DNA of 64,000 nt, taken from assembly GCA_021811735.1 (NCBI GenBank), contig JAJZNK010000025.1, positions 69,400-133,399 on the forward strand, in the 5' to 3' direction. Below, piece by piece: positions 28,993 through 39,174 of the stretch (positions are counted from its first letter, which is position 1; each line of letters begins with the position of its first letter). Made by a program: the position numbers and the translations under genes. Source of the DNA: Nanobdellota archaeon (GTDB lineage: Archaea > Nanobdellota > Nanobdellia > Parvarchaeales > Parvarchaeaceae). Below the pieces are notes generated by a model. The model worked only from the letters and a program-made list of their open reading frames with translations. It had not been told where the DNA came from and ran no database searches.

Positions 28993-29891
28993 ATTCCTTT
29001 TATTAACTCACCTACCTTTTCATGTTTTTTTCTGGAAAGAGTCCTCAGCAGTTTAACAACTCCGCTGCCATACTGCATTGCTTTTTTATTTCTTTCCGTT
29101 ATTACCTTGCTCAGCCCTACGCTTCTTCCAGCAGAGCGTAGCAAGATTTTATCGTTATATTCTTTTTTTACTTTCGCTGACGCTAGATTAACCATCTTGT
29201 CATCCAAATACGGCAGTAAGATTGAAACTTTAAAATATGATGCTATTGAATTTATTCTCCAGGCATCAAATGCTGGCATATAAAAAAGTTTCTTATCCCT
29301 ATATTCAGCCAATTCTTTTCCAGTCATTTTTTGATGTTTGTAAAATCCGAAGAAAAGTTCATCACTTCCAAGTCCACTCATGAGCCGTTTACATCCCATT
29401 TCAGCAGCTTTTTTAATGGCGATAAATTCCGTTACTCCCATTATAATATTGTAATCATCCAAGTGCATGACCCTTAAACACTTTATTGCTTCATATACAT
29501 CAGTTTCCATTATATTTGCAATATGGAGTTTTTCATTCAAATCCTTAGCAAGGATTCTTGAAAAGTATAAATCCTGACTGTCTTCAGTCCCTGCAGATAC
29601 AAGTTTTATCTCGCCGAGTTCTTTTTTTGCTATCGCTGCTAGGAGCGAAGAGTCTATACCGCCAGAGACGAGTGCACAATCTGGTTTTGTTCTTATTATA
29701 TAATTGGAAAGTTCTTTTACCACACTACTGGTTTTTTTGTTTATAGAATCCAAAACTTTAAGGCTTATCTTATTTCCAGATACTTTCACATCTGAGTTTC
29801 CTGGAAATATGAATCTCCAGTTCAGAATCATCTCATTTTTTGATTGGGAGTTTACTTTGTCTGTTCTTATGTTTTTACTGCTTGTTTTCAT
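28989..29891 (-). CDS. Asparagine synthase C-terminal-domain protein
   Basis: SGGIDSS, SGLGSDELFFG, KKAMQYGSG; no glutaminase domain. Confidence 0.8.
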   Translation of the reverse strand: MKTSSKNIRTDKVNSQSKNEMILNWRFIFPGNSDVKVSGNKISLKVLDSINKKTSSVVKELSNYIIRTKPDCALVSGGIDSSLLAAIAKKELGEIKLVSAGTEDSQDLYFSRILAKDLNEKLHIANIMETDVYEAIKCLRVMHLDDYNIIMGVTEFIAIKKAAEMGCKRLMSGLGSDELFFGFYKHQKMTGKELAEYRDKKLFYMPAFDAWRINSIASYFKVSILLPYLDDKMVNLASAKVKKEYNDKILLRSAGRSVGLSKVITERNKKAMQYGSGVVKLLRTLSRKKHEKVGELIKGI

Positions 29892-30231
29892 ATATTTTGA
29901 TTTTTAGTTTGTCCCCTACTTTTATATTATATGTCCTGTCTGTAGGGAGCTCAAGAACATGATGCGCTCCTTCTGGGCCATTATATAGTCTCCATTTTCT
30001 AGCTATTGTTTGATGCAGCACTCTGAAGTTTTTGTCAAGCCATATAACTTTCAATTCGAACCTGACAAAGTTCATGTGTATATCTTTCACATCTGGCAAA
30101 AACGCTCCATTTTTCGGATCCGATACAAACATCAGTCCTAGTATCTTACTTGACAGTTTTCTGCAGTATTTTACTCCCTTTACGAGGATTTTACCATTCT
30201 TATAAAAATCACAATTCTCTTTCATATTCAT
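29875..30231 (-). CDS. DUF192-family protein
   Basis: GLMF, IHMxFV, VLELP motifs. Confidence 0.8.
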   Translation of the reverse strand: MNMKENCDFYKNGKILVKGVKYCRKLSSKILGLMFVSDPKNGAFLPDVKDIHMNFVRFELKVIWLDKNFRVLHQTIARKWRLYNGPEGAHHVLELPTDRTYNIKVGDKLKIKIYENKQ

Positions 30232-30278
30232 CTCTTCTTTCTCTGGTAGGACATTCTTTTGAAACTTTACTCATAAAT

Positions 30279-30878
30279 TTAAAATTCTAACTCCTTTGAC
30301 ACAAAGTCTTCCAGGCTTATCTTATCAATTTTCTCTCTCTCCTCTTTTCTGGACATATTCACGGCGAGCAGGAAAAGTATTAGCCCTATACTATTACCGC
30401 TTTTGTTGTTACCAGGTATTATTATGTCAAGAAATGATGTGCTATTGTCTGTATTCGCTATGCCGACTATTGGGATATTGATCTTTTTCGCATCATTTAT
30501 CGCGCGCCTATTGGCCTTTGGGTCAGTTATAAGGAGCGCTTTCGGCTCGAAGAAATTTTTATAGCTTACATTCGTCATGGAACCTGCGAGATATCTTCCG
30601 AAATTCACGCTTACGTTCATTAGTTTTGAAAAGTTGTACACTGCATAATAAGCGCTGTCAAGCGTAGAAACCAAAAGTATATCCTTTCTCTTGTAGCCGC
30701 TTAGGAATTTTGCAGCCAATTTTATTCTTTCATCTATAAGTTTTATGTTGAGTATAGTAAATTTGTTTGGTATTTTCTTGAATACGAACCTCTCAAATGC
30801 CTTATTATTGGCGTTTGCACCAATCCTCGTTCCGTACGTTTTATACGCTTCCAATTTATCTATTTTTTTAAACACCAT
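30279..30878 (-). CDS. rps2: 30S ribosomal protein S2
   Basis: GRYLAGSMTN, EP, TDP, IPGNNK. Confidence 0.92.
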   Translation of the reverse strand: MVFKKIDKLEAYKTYGTRIGANANNKAFERFVFKKIPNKFTILNIKLIDERIKLAAKFLSGYKRKDILLVSTLDSAYYAVYNFSKLMNVSVNFGRYLAGSMTNVSYKNFFEPKALLITDPKANRRAINDAKKINIPIVGIANTDNSTSFLDIIIPGNNKSGNSIGLILFLLAVNMSRKEEREKIDKISLEDFVSKELEF

Positions 30879-30879
30879 A

Positions 30880-32046
30880 TCAGTTTAACTCAATTAGCCT
30901 ATTTATTTTCTCTATCCTTTCTCCTCTATTAATTCCAACTTTTAAATACTTTGCGTTTAGGCCGGAAGCGAGGTCTGCTATTATTGGGATACTTGTCTCC
31001 TCAGATCTGTGAGATACCACTTTGTCTATTTTAAATTTCTCAGCAAGATCTGAATATTCCTTCACTTTATGCATCAATGCTATTTGGTTCGGTTTTATGA
31101 GTGTGGCATTTATATTGGAATGGACTTTTTTGAGTCTTTCAGGTGTCGTAGCGGTAAGGTCATCCCCAACAATTAGTGCACCTTTTACTCCTTTCAGTAT
31201 TTCACCATAATCCTCAGGTAGAGTTTCATCTACTGGGTCCTCTATAAAGAACAAGTCGAATTCATCGGCTAACTTTTTCGTTAGGTCTATTTGTTCACCT
31301 CTATTAAGTTCTTTTTTGCCGTAAATCGGTCTTTTATACGTATATTTTTCGTTTTTATAAAATGTCGAAGCGGCGAAATCAAGGCCCAACCTTACATCCA
31401 TACCAGTCTCTTGTATCACTGTTTCAATGGCATTTTTTACTATTTTTATAGACTCGTAATTATCTAGTCCGCTTATAAATCCCCCTTCTGGGTCTACACC
31501 TCCGAGAAAACTATCAGTTTTATCTTTAAGGAGTTCTCTTACCTTATTATAAACTTTCAAAGTGGTGTTTATACTTTCATTGTTTGTGTCCGCAATAGTA
31601 GTCACGAGCACTTCCTGTATGTCCATTCCCAATCCTGAGGCATGCATTCCCCCTCCTATCATTTTACAGACTGGCATAACACTGTTTTTCTTCCCAAAAA
31701 GCTGATATGGCTCAATTTTCATTTCATTACTTAGTCCATATATTAGTGCGTATGAAAGTGATAGAGAAGGGCCCCCTATAAACTCGGCAGGTATTTGTCT
31801 TTCTATAGAGAATATATCTTCCAGACTGCTAACCTTTCGAGCGATAAGAGTTTTTAAGTATTCATTGAAAGCAGATATCTCTGCTTCCACACCTTTGCTA
31901 AACTGGTTTACTTCATACCTACTGTTGCTTTCACCTTTTGGAGATGAACCGCGGAATTTTCCGCGTTCGGTTTCCAGTATGACTTCCACGGTCAGGTTCG
32001 AATTAGCATTCAGTATTTGTATGGCTTTTAAGCCCTCTATTTTCAT
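30880..32046 (-). CDS. eno: Enolase (divergent)
   Basis: GGGMHA, QE, DFAAS, EDP, GDDL, KPNQ, SHRSEET. Confidence 0.9.
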   Translation of the reverse strand: MKIEGLKAIQILNANSNLTVEVILETERGKFRGSSPKGESNSRYEVNQFSKGVEAEISAFNEYLKTLIARKVSSLEDIFSIERQIPAEFIGGPSLSLSYALIYGLSNEMKIEPYQLFGKKNSVMPVCKMIGGGMHASGLGMDIQEVLVTTIADTNNESINTTLKVYNKVRELLKDKTDSFLGGVDPEGGFISGLDNYESIKIVKNAIETVIQETGMDVRLGLDFAASTFYKNEKYTYKRPIYGKKELNRGEQIDLTKKLADEFDLFFIEDPVDETLPEDYGEILKGVKGALIVGDDLTATTPERLKKVHSNINATLIKPNQIALMHKVKEYSDLAEKFKIDKVVSHRSEETSIPIIADLASGLNAKYLKVGINRGERIEKINRLIELN

Positions 32047-32066
32047 TTTTATTATAAAAGCTCAAT

Positions 32067-32576
32067 TTATTTAAACATTTTTTCCACCGTGGTTATTTTC
32101 GAAGAAAAATCCACGCGGTCGCCTCCCCCTTTACCGTTTATTACATTTATTACCTTTTTGACGGTTTTTTCCAGGTTTTTGCTGTTGTCTATCTGGAAAG
32201 TCCTTTTTCCACTAATTGTTGCCTCTATAGTCGTCCCATCTATCGCCTCGAACATTGCATTATCGTATATCTTTGATTTGTTATAACCTCTCTTTTCAAG
32301 TCTTTTTATGAGTATGACAGGGTCTGTTCGCAGTATTATTGTAAGCTTTATGCTTTTTGATGTTATAAAATGTGAGAGGTGCGAAACAACTATTGAATTG
32401 TCTTTTTTCAGCCGCTGGAAAGCAGTGTTTATTTCGTCGATGGTAACATCTTTTTCAGTTTTTCCATCCGTTAGTGCTTTCCCCAGATCTATTATGTTAT
32501 AACCTCTGATTTTTGCAAGTCTTTCTGCAAGCGTGTGTTTACCAGTACCTGGCGTTCCGGATAAGGCTATTATCAT
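32067..32576 (-). CDS. Adenylate kinase AK6/Fap7-like
   Basis: GTPGTGK, SHLSH, RLEKRGY..KI.DN. Confidence 0.88.
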   Translation of the reverse strand: MIIALSGTPGTGKHTLAERLAKIRGYNIIDLGKALTDGKTEKDVTIDEINTAFQRLKKDNSIVVSHLSHFITSKSIKLTIILRTDPVILIKRLEKRGYNKSKIYDNAMFEAIDGTTIEATISGKRTFQIDNSKNLEKTVKKVINVINGKGGGDRVDFSSKITTVEKMFK

Positions 32577-32761
32577 ATTATCTACAGCAAATGGGCCGTT
32601 TAATATTTATAGTAATCATAATGATCATAGTTTACTAAATCGTATTTAAACTAAACTCAGCACACACCAAAGTAAGACAGTATTCTCCTTTTTAAGGCTA
32701 AAGACTCCTGCAGCCCATAGTAAAACCTTTTAATTTTATATACGCTATCTTTATTTGTAAG

Positions 32762-34288
32762 ATGGAAGATGAAAATACCATAAGACTGTTGAACAAGGCA
32801 GATAAACAAGTATTGCGTTCACTGGAAAAAGGAGATAAGTTCTCGGACGAATTAGAGTTATCAACCGGTTTGGAAAGATCTGCAGTTATAAATTCTGGAA
32901 GAAAAATGCTTTCCCTCGACTTAGTTAAAATGGATGGAATAACTGGAGAAGAAATCTTGCTTACGGAGTTAGGAAAGAAATATTTGTCAGAGGGCCTACC
33001 AGAATATAGGGTCTTTGAGTTTATAAAAAGAAACGGAAGCGTAGAATACCGTCAGATATTTTCAGATATTGGAATGGAGAAAGATGAGATAAGTGCAGCA
33101 ATAGGGTACTTGAAGAAATATTCTATTATAATCGATAGAGGGGGGAAACTAACTACAGATAAGGACAAGGAAAAACAAATCTATGGAAGGAATTCTATGC
33201 TATCTCAGATAAAGGAGGGTAAAAGTATAGACGAAGGAAGTGCCGATGATTTATTTAAGAGAGGAATACTAGAGAGAATGTCCAAATTGAGAGAAAAATT
33301 CTCTATAACCTCTGCTGGAAACAGAGTAATCAATAACAAAGAATTTAATGTTGATCTCGTGGACGTGCTTTCGTCAGAGAATATAAAAGAGTGGGAAGGC
33401 CTGAAATTCAGGGAGTACAGCAGGAATCCAGAGATATTAAATTCCCTTTCTGGTAAATTGAACGTAAAAACGATGTTCTCTTCCTTTATAAAAGATGTGA
33501 TGGTATCAATGGGCTTCAAGGAAATGCACAGCAATTACGTCGAATCAGTTTTCTGGAATTTTGATGTCATGATGTTTCGACAGGACCATCCAGATAGAGA
33601 CATCCAGGACACAGTTCACCTGTTGGGTGGGGAAGGAAAAATACCCAATGATGTACTTTCAAAGGTGAAAAAAATATATGAGACAGGATTCAGGCTTTCG
33701 AAGTATAATGAATCGACAGGATACCAGAGGGAGTTTGACGAGTCAAAATGCAACTCACTCATAATGAGAGGTCACACTACCGCAACAACTTTTAGATATA
33801 TCTATGATGTTATATCAAAGAATAAGGACCAACCTGTGAAGTTGTTCTCAGTTGACAAATCTTTCAGGAACGAGACAATGGACAGCACGCACCTTCTAGA
33901 ACTTTACCAGATCGAAGGCGTCGTATATGGTGATAATCTGACTGTCGCGGATCTGATAGGTTACATAAAGCAATTTTACAGTAAAATAGGTATAGAAAAA
34001 ATAAGACTTAAGCCGACTTATAATCCGTATACCGAACCTAGTCTTGAGATACAAGCTTTCAGCCCAAAACTTAAAAGATGGATAGAAGTAGGAAATTCAG
34101 GTGTTTTCCGTCCGGAGACATTGCTTCCGTTCGGTATAACTAAGAACGTAGTCGCATGGGGTTTCGGTATGGAAAGAATGCTAAATCTCAAGTTGGAAAT
34201 GGCGGATATACGCGATCTATATGGGGCGTATACAGATATAGATCTCTTAAGGGATCTTGAATCTGCCAAAATATTCAGTGAGATATAA
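32762..34288 (+). CDS. pheS: Phenylalanyl-tRNA synthetase alpha subunit
   Basis: FWNFD, QDHPxRD, FRNE, PYTEPS, GNSGVFRPE. Confidence 0.95.
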   Translation: MEDENTIRLLNKADKQVLRSLEKGDKFSDELELSTGLERSAVINSGRKMLSLDLVKMDGITGEEILLTELGKKYLSEGLPEYRVFEFIKRNGSVEYRQIFSDIGMEKDEISAAIGYLKKYSIIIDRGGKLTTDKDKEKQIYGRNSMLSQIKEGKSIDEGSADDLFKRGILERMSKLREKFSITSAGNRVINNKEFNVDLVDVLSSENIKEWEGLKFREYSRNPEILNSLSGKLNVKTMFSSFIKDVMVSMGFKEMHSNYVESVFWNFDVMMFRQDHPDRDIQDTVHLLGGEGKIPNDVLSKVKKIYETGFRLSKYNESTGYQREFDESKCNSLIMRGHTTATTFRYIYDVISKNKDQPVKLFSVDKSFRNETMDSTHLLELYQIEGVVYGDNLTVADLIGYIKQFYSKIGIEKIRLKPTYNPYTEPSLEIQAFSPKLKRWIEVGNSGVFRPETLLPFGITKNVVAWGFGMERMLNLKLEMADIRDLYGAYTDIDLLRDLESAKIFSEI

Positions 34289-34289
34289 T

Positions 34290-35933
34290 ATGGTAATGCT
34301 AACTTATACAATTGATGAAATGAACAAGCTCCTCGGTAAAAAGCTTAGTGAAGAGAAATATGAGAATATCGCATTCAAATACGGTTTGGATCTAGAAGTC
34401 GGAGAAAGCGCACTGAATTTTGAACTTACATCTGATAGGACTGACATTGTGTCAAAATATTCTCTTGCGTGCATTTTTGCCTCAGAACTTGGAATAAAAT
34501 TAAAAAGAGATATATCTATAAAGACAGAGAATCCCGGAATTTTCGTAGAGAAAACTGGAAGGCCTTTTGTTAATTTACTTCATGTCAGTCTCAATGGACA
34601 ACTTGGTGACAACTTAGATGAAGTAATAAAGATACAAGAAAGACTTGATAAGAACGTTGGAAGAAATAGGAAAAAGGCAGCAATAGGCTTATTTGATTAC
34701 GGCAAAATAAACTTCCCAATAAAATATCACGAGGAGATAGGTGACAATATAACTTTCGTGCCGTTAGGGTATTCTACCAAAAAGAATTATAAAGATATAA
34801 TCGGCGAAATCAAACAAGGACACGAATACGGCGACCTTCTTCCAGAAAAACCAGTAGTATGGTCTGACAAAACTGGGAGCATAATAGCTTTACCTCCGAT
34901 TATAAACTCAGATTATCATTCCATAAACAAAACCACTAATGAGCTTCTGGTGGATGTAACAGGGAACGATCCTGTGACGGTAAACACTGTGACAAAGATA
35001 CTCGCATATAATCTCCAGTTCCTTGGTCATGTATCATTACTGAAAGTAAATTACAGTTCAAAATCTATCTCTACTAATATTTCCTTTGACACGCATGCTT
35101 TTAGTCTAAATGAAGATACAGTTGAGTCATTGCTAGGTTTAAGGGTCAACAAAGGGGAGATAAAAAATATCTTATCTAAGATGGACTATTTTGTTAGGGA
35201 AAATTCAAAAGACTTGGTGGTGAAACCACCGTTTTATCGCCAGGATGTCATGCATCAAGTGGACATAATAGATGACATAATGAGGTGTATAGGTATTGAC
35301 AAAATCCCAAAAATACCTCCTAATTTTTATACAGAGGGAGGATTCTTGAAAAATCACTATACTTTAAATAATATTCGGGAGATTCTAGTGGGATTCGGAT
35401 ACCAGGAGATTGACGTAAATGTGCTTACAAACGAGAAATATCAGTTTGAGAATACTTTTTTAAAAGGAAAGCAGTACGTTAGCCTATTACATTTGAAAAG
35501 TGGAGATGTAACTATGACAAGCAAGAATGTATTTCCAGAACTTTTGAGGTTAGTATCAAACAATCTACACAAGAAATTTCCGCAGAATCTGTTTTCGTTG
35601 TCTGAAATCACGGAGAAAGGTGATTCTGATACGGTGTTCGAAAATCGGACAAAACTCTGTGTGTTATCATGCGGTAAAGATGTAAATGTTACGTATCTTC
35701 TTTCGATTATTAAAAAAGTATTGGGAGATTCGCTCCTTATTAAAGATATAAGTGCGGGTTATTCTGGGCAAGAATTTTCAATGACCTTTATACCTGGTAG
35801 GGGATATAATATATATTTCGGCGAGAAGACAATAGGAATCGCGGGAGAACTTCATCCTAGAGTTATTAATTCATTCGGTATAGAACTGCCGGTTACATTC
35901 GCAGAAATCTACATTGACGAGCTTTCAGCATGA
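34290..35933 (+). CDS. pheT: Phenylalanyl-tRNA synthetase beta subunit
   Basis: DRTD, PPIINS, PFYRQDVMH, GELHP; follows pheS. Confidence 0.92.
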   Translation: MVMLTYTIDEMNKLLGKKLSEEKYENIAFKYGLDLEVGESALNFELTSDRTDIVSKYSLACIFASELGIKLKRDISIKTENPGIFVEKTGRPFVNLLHVSLNGQLGDNLDEVIKIQERLDKNVGRNRKKAAIGLFDYGKINFPIKYHEEIGDNITFVPLGYSTKKNYKDIIGEIKQGHEYGDLLPEKPVVWSDKTGSIIALPPIINSDYHSINKTTNELLVDVTGNDPVTVNTVTKILAYNLQFLGHVSLLKVNYSSKSISTNISFDTHAFSLNEDTVESLLGLRVNKGEIKNILSKMDYFVRENSKDLVVKPPFYRQDVMHQVDIIDDIMRCIGIDKIPKIPPNFYTEGGFLKNHYTLNNIREILVGFGYQEIDVNVLTNEKYQFENTFLKGKQYVSLLHLKSGDVTMTSKNVFPELLRLVSNNLHKKFPQNLFSLSEITEKGDSDTVFENRTKLCVLSCGKDVNVTYLLSIIKKVLGDSLLIKDISAGYSGQEFSMTFIPGRGYNIYFGEKTIGIAGELHPRVINSFGIELPVTFAEIYIDELSA

Positions 35934-36367
35934 ATTGCGAAATTTGTGGTGCGTTTGAGGAAAATCTAGTAAACGTCCAAGTAGAGGGAGCTTTTATGAA
36001 TCTTTGCAAGGCGTGTTCAAAATATGGGAAGGCGTCAGCTGGGTATGGAGTTGCCCAGGGAGATAATAAAAAAATGCAGTTATATGAAAGATCTTTAAAG
36101 GACAATTTTTCCGATATAATAAGAGAAGGATCCGAAAAGAAAGGGTTGTCTCCGGAAGAACTTGCAGATAGAATAAAATGCTCTCCAAATGACATTAAAA
36201 AGATAACTAGTGGCAAGCTTTTACCAGATGGAGAAACTATCAGAAAATTGGAGCGGTTTCTAGATATACAGTTATATGAAACTGAATCTGCCTCTAATAA
36301 GATGTTCACAGGCAAAGATGAAAAGCTTTCATTTGGAGACATAGTAGATATTAAAAGAAAAAAATAA
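35930..36367 (+). CDS. mbf1: Multiprotein bridging factor aMBF1
   Basis: N-terminal CEICG..CxxC zinc ribbon, Cro-HTH, SFGD tail. Confidence 0.88.
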   Translation: MNCEICGAFEENLVNVQVEGAFMNLCKACSKYGKASAGYGVAQGDNKKMQLYERSLKDNFSDIIREGSEKKGLSPEELADRIKCSPNDIKKITSGKLLPDGETIRKLERFLDIQLYETESASNKMFTGKDEKLSFGDIVDIKRKK

Positions 36368-36371
36368 TTTT

Positions 36372-36454
36372 GCAGGGGTAGCGAAGCGGTCAAACGCGTA
36401 AGGCTTAGGACCTTATGGCTTAGGCCTTCGAGGGTTCGAATCCCTCCTCCTGCA
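36372..36454 (+). tRNA. tRNA-Leu(TAG)
   Basis: Cloverleaf with long variable arm; TAAGG-CT TAG GA-CCTTA. Confidence 0.95.
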
Positions 36455-36486
36455 TCTATTTATATTTTGTAGGATCTCTGGTTATT

Positions 36487-36960
36487 ATGACATTGAAAAA
36501 ACTAATGGAAAAAACGCTTTATGGCTTATTAAACGAGGAAAAAAGCCACCCTAATTCGAAATTGTCATATTATCTAAGAATACATTTTCCAGAAAAGCTT
36601 GATGAAAACTCATTAAAGCAGATAATGGATGAATCTGCGGAAGCTAATTATATGCGAGTTTCTTATCTGCCGTCCGGATCAAAAATATTCTACGGATTAA
36701 AATCGGGATCCACTATGATGATATTATCAAAGAATAAGACTAGGATTGGTCGGGTTTTTACTAACGGTGTCTTTTTTAGTAGATGGTTGATGGTAAGTTA
36801 CTCTTTTCCATCTGGTGAGGATATTTCTGAGATAACCTTTGAAGTAGACAAATATGAATCCTACAAAAAAGAAGTATCAGATTTCATTGCAAGCATATAC
36901 AAGTGTGTATTCTCTGATAACGGGGAAAATGTGAACAGTTTCCTTGAACTCAGATATTAA
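36487..36960 (+). CDS. Hypothetical protein
   Basis: 157-aa ORF. Confidence 0.6.
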   Translation: MTLKKLMEKTLYGLLNEEKSHPNSKLSYYLRIHFPEKLDENSLKQIMDESAEANYMRVSYLPSGSKIFYGLKSGSTMMILSKNKTRIGRVFTNGVFFSRWLMVSYSFPSGEDISEITFEVDKYESYKKEVSDFIASIYKCVFSDNGENVNSFLELRY

Positions 36961-37071
36961 CAGAGCAATCCCGCAGATATGCAACGATTTTATCTCGTTT
37001 CATTAATGATAACCTTAAATACTAAAATTTACTTATTTTGTTAAGGATTAAAGTTAGGTGAGGTGTGAAAT

Positions 37072-37476
37072 ATGGTAAGTCTTCCGTTTGATAATTTCTT
37101 GAATATATTCAAGAAAAATGTAAATGTAGATTCTTCGAATCAAGGCAGTGATTATATCGAGCTTGAGGTAGATCAAGGCGATAAACCAATGCCGAAAATT
37201 TTCGTTAAATACTATAATATGAATAAATTCGAGGACGCTAGTCCGATTTTAAACGACATACGTTCAGGATACACCCTTTCATTTATAAAAGTCAAAGAAA
37301 TAAGAGAAAAAGGAGGAGTTGAAGAGCTCAAGAGAACGATATCAAAATTGAAGAAGAGTGCTGACGCTGCCGAAGCGCAAATAATCGGGGTAGACGAGGA
37401 TTATCTTTTGGTAGTTCCTGATTTTGTGAAAGTAGAAAAGGGAGAAATACTGGGTAACCAGGACGCTAAATTCTAG
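37072..37476 (+). CDS. sepF: Cell division protein SepF
   Basis: DYIEL N-terminal motif, ELKRxIxKLK, LLVVP; GGTGAGG RBS. Confidence 0.8.
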   Translation: MVSLPFDNFLNIFKKNVNVDSSNQGSDYIELEVDQGDKPMPKIFVKYYNMNKFEDASPILNDIRSGYTLSFIKVKEIREKGGVEELKRTISKLKKSADAAEAQIIGVDEDYLLVVPDFVKVEKGEILGNQDAKF

Positions 37477-37477
37477 T

Positions 37478-37783
37478 TTAAGCGTAATAAGCGGCGTTTA
37501 TAGCATTCTTATCCGAATCCTTGGTTATGCTGAGCATAGTAAGTGACTTTACCGCCTTGCCATCCTCCTTTCCACCGTCAACCTTTACTGCGTTAAAGGA
37601 AAAGGATATATCATCAAAGAATTCCGCTGCGCTTCTGTCGACACCTATAATTTCAGGCTTTGCTGTGTTCAGTATCTCTTTCGCCTCATTTAGTGTCTTT
37701 ACTCTGTGAACCTGCACAGAATTATTTATTATCACTGCAATTATCAATCTTCCGTCATTTACCGCTATTCCTGCCTTTGCCAT
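37478..37783 (-). CDS. Hypothetical protein
   Basis: 101-aa ORF overlapping the upstream methyltransferase end. Confidence 0.55.
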   Translation of the reverse strand: MAKAGIAVNDGRLIIAVIINNSVQVHRVKTLNEAKEILNTAKPEIIGVDRSAAEFFDDISFSFNAVKVDGGKEDGKAVKSLTMLSITKDSDKNAINAAYYA

Positions 37784-38351
37784 AAAATATCTTTATAAGA
37801 AAAAGCTTTTCGAAGAAAAAATTTATCGAATACAGCCTTCTAAAACTAAGTTTTAAATGCTTTATCTCTTTATATACCTTATCCGTGTCATAAACACTTG
37901 AAATTACAATAAACGCCGTGCCGTTCCTCTTTAAGTGACTTTTTAACCCTCTTATTATCCTCAATGTGATTTCACTGCCATCTTTTCCGCCGTTTAGAGC
38001 ATAGTCCATCCAATCCCCATTTCTTTCCCCTGGTAGATAGGGTGGATTTGAATATATAACATCAAATTTTATCTTACCTAAGTTTGAAAATACGTCTGAT
38101 TTCATGCACTTTAGGTTTTTTATACTGTTTATCTTAGCATTGTGTTTTACCGCCCTTATTGCAAATGGATTTATGTCGACTGCCATGACTTCCTTTGCAA
38201 TTCCCGCAGCATTTATCGCTATTATACCGCTGCCCGTGCACATATCCAGCACTTCTCCTCTCGCATACTTCACGGCCCTAAGAAGGAGTGCACTGTCCTC
38301 TGCAGGAGGATACACGTTTTCGAATTCAGTTATATTGAGCATACGAAACAC
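37755..38351 (-). CDS. HemK2/Mtq2-type release-factor glutamine methyltransferase
   Basis: VYPPAEDS, DMCTGSG, NPPY. Confidence 0.9.
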   Translation of the reverse strand: MFRMLNITEFENVYPPAEDSALLLRAVKYARGEVLDMCTGSGIIAINAAGIAKEVMAVDINPFAIRAVKHNAKINSIKNLKCMKSDVFSNLGKIKFDVIYSNPPYLPGERNGDWMDYALNGGKDGSEITLRIIRGLKSHLKRNGTAFIVISSVYDTDKVYKEIKHLKLSFRRLYSINFFFEKLFLIKIFYGKGRNSGK

Positions 38352-38374
38352 TTATTAATATGTAATTAATTTAA

Positions 38375-38842
38375 ATGATAAATATGAAAGAATGGAGGAT
38401 ATATTTATTGCTTGCACTTCTAATAGTTCTACTGCTTGGTTTTATCGTCGCAGGTAAATCTTCTCCAGTTTATAACCTGCAGGTTCCGCAGTCGGTAAAC
38501 TGTAATTCTGTTAACCTTGGATTCACAACCCTGACAGGTAAAACTTTCAGTGCGCCAGAAGGTACAAACACGTTTTCAACGATATTGGTCAACAATACCG
38601 GAAACGTGACCGAAAGTATAGATTTGAACGTAGTTCCAAACGGAAATGTACCCTTTACAATAGAGTCTGCAAAACTATTCCAACTCAATTCCAGCACGAG
38701 CGGACACACTGAATTTGGAGTTTACTCTCCAACGAAGACTGGAAATTATAGTGTGGTTGCAAATTTGTCTGCCAGTTATCTTAATTGCGTCAATTATAAA
38801 CTTATACCCATGAATATCACAGTGGTCAATGCTACTGGCTGA
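38375..38842 (+). CDS. Secreted/membrane-anchored beta-rich protein
   Basis: N-terminal hydrophobic helix, NTGN motif, several N-x-S/T sites. Confidence 0.7.
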   Translation: MINMKEWRIYLLLALLIVLLLGFIVAGKSSPVYNLQVPQSVNCNSVNLGFTTLTGKTFSAPEGTNTFSTILVNNTGNVTESIDLNVVPNGNVPFTIESAKLFQLNSSTSGHTEFGVYSPTKTGNYSVVANLSASYLNCVNYKLIPMNITVVNATG

Positions 38843-39174
38843 TGGAAAATCAAGTAATAACCGACACCAAAATTGGGGAAATAAAGCAGGATAATATAAG
38901 GGTCAGAATAGTCGGAAGGGTAGTTTCATTCGATGAAAAAACTGGCATTTTTGAGCTGGAAGACGACGAACAAAAAATCACATGTATGGCAAATATGAGC
39001 GAATCCCACACCAGCCCACAAGATCTTGTGCTTGTAACAGGTAGGGCGATAGCGGCAGATTCCTCATTCGAAGTCAGGGCGGACAGCGTTGAAAGTATAA
39101 ATATAAAAGATTACAATAACTATAAGAAGTATTTAAAAATAAGAAACAATTTATTAAATAATAATGGAAGCTGA
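38842..39174 (+). CDS. OB-fold protein (RPA small-subunit-like)
   Basis: RVRIVGRVV..FELED..LVLVTG OB pattern; upstream of PCNA. Confidence 0.7.
   Translation: MENQVITDTKIGEIKQDNIRVRIVGRVVSFDEKTGIFELEDDEQKITCMANMSESHTSPQDLVLVTGRAIAADSSFEVRADSVESINIKDYNNYKKYLKIRNNLLNNNGS

Noticed and set aside
36372-36454. Repeat with 62530-62612 as recombination/att sites
   Set aside because: Both are complete tRNA-Leu isoacceptor paralogs flanking core genes
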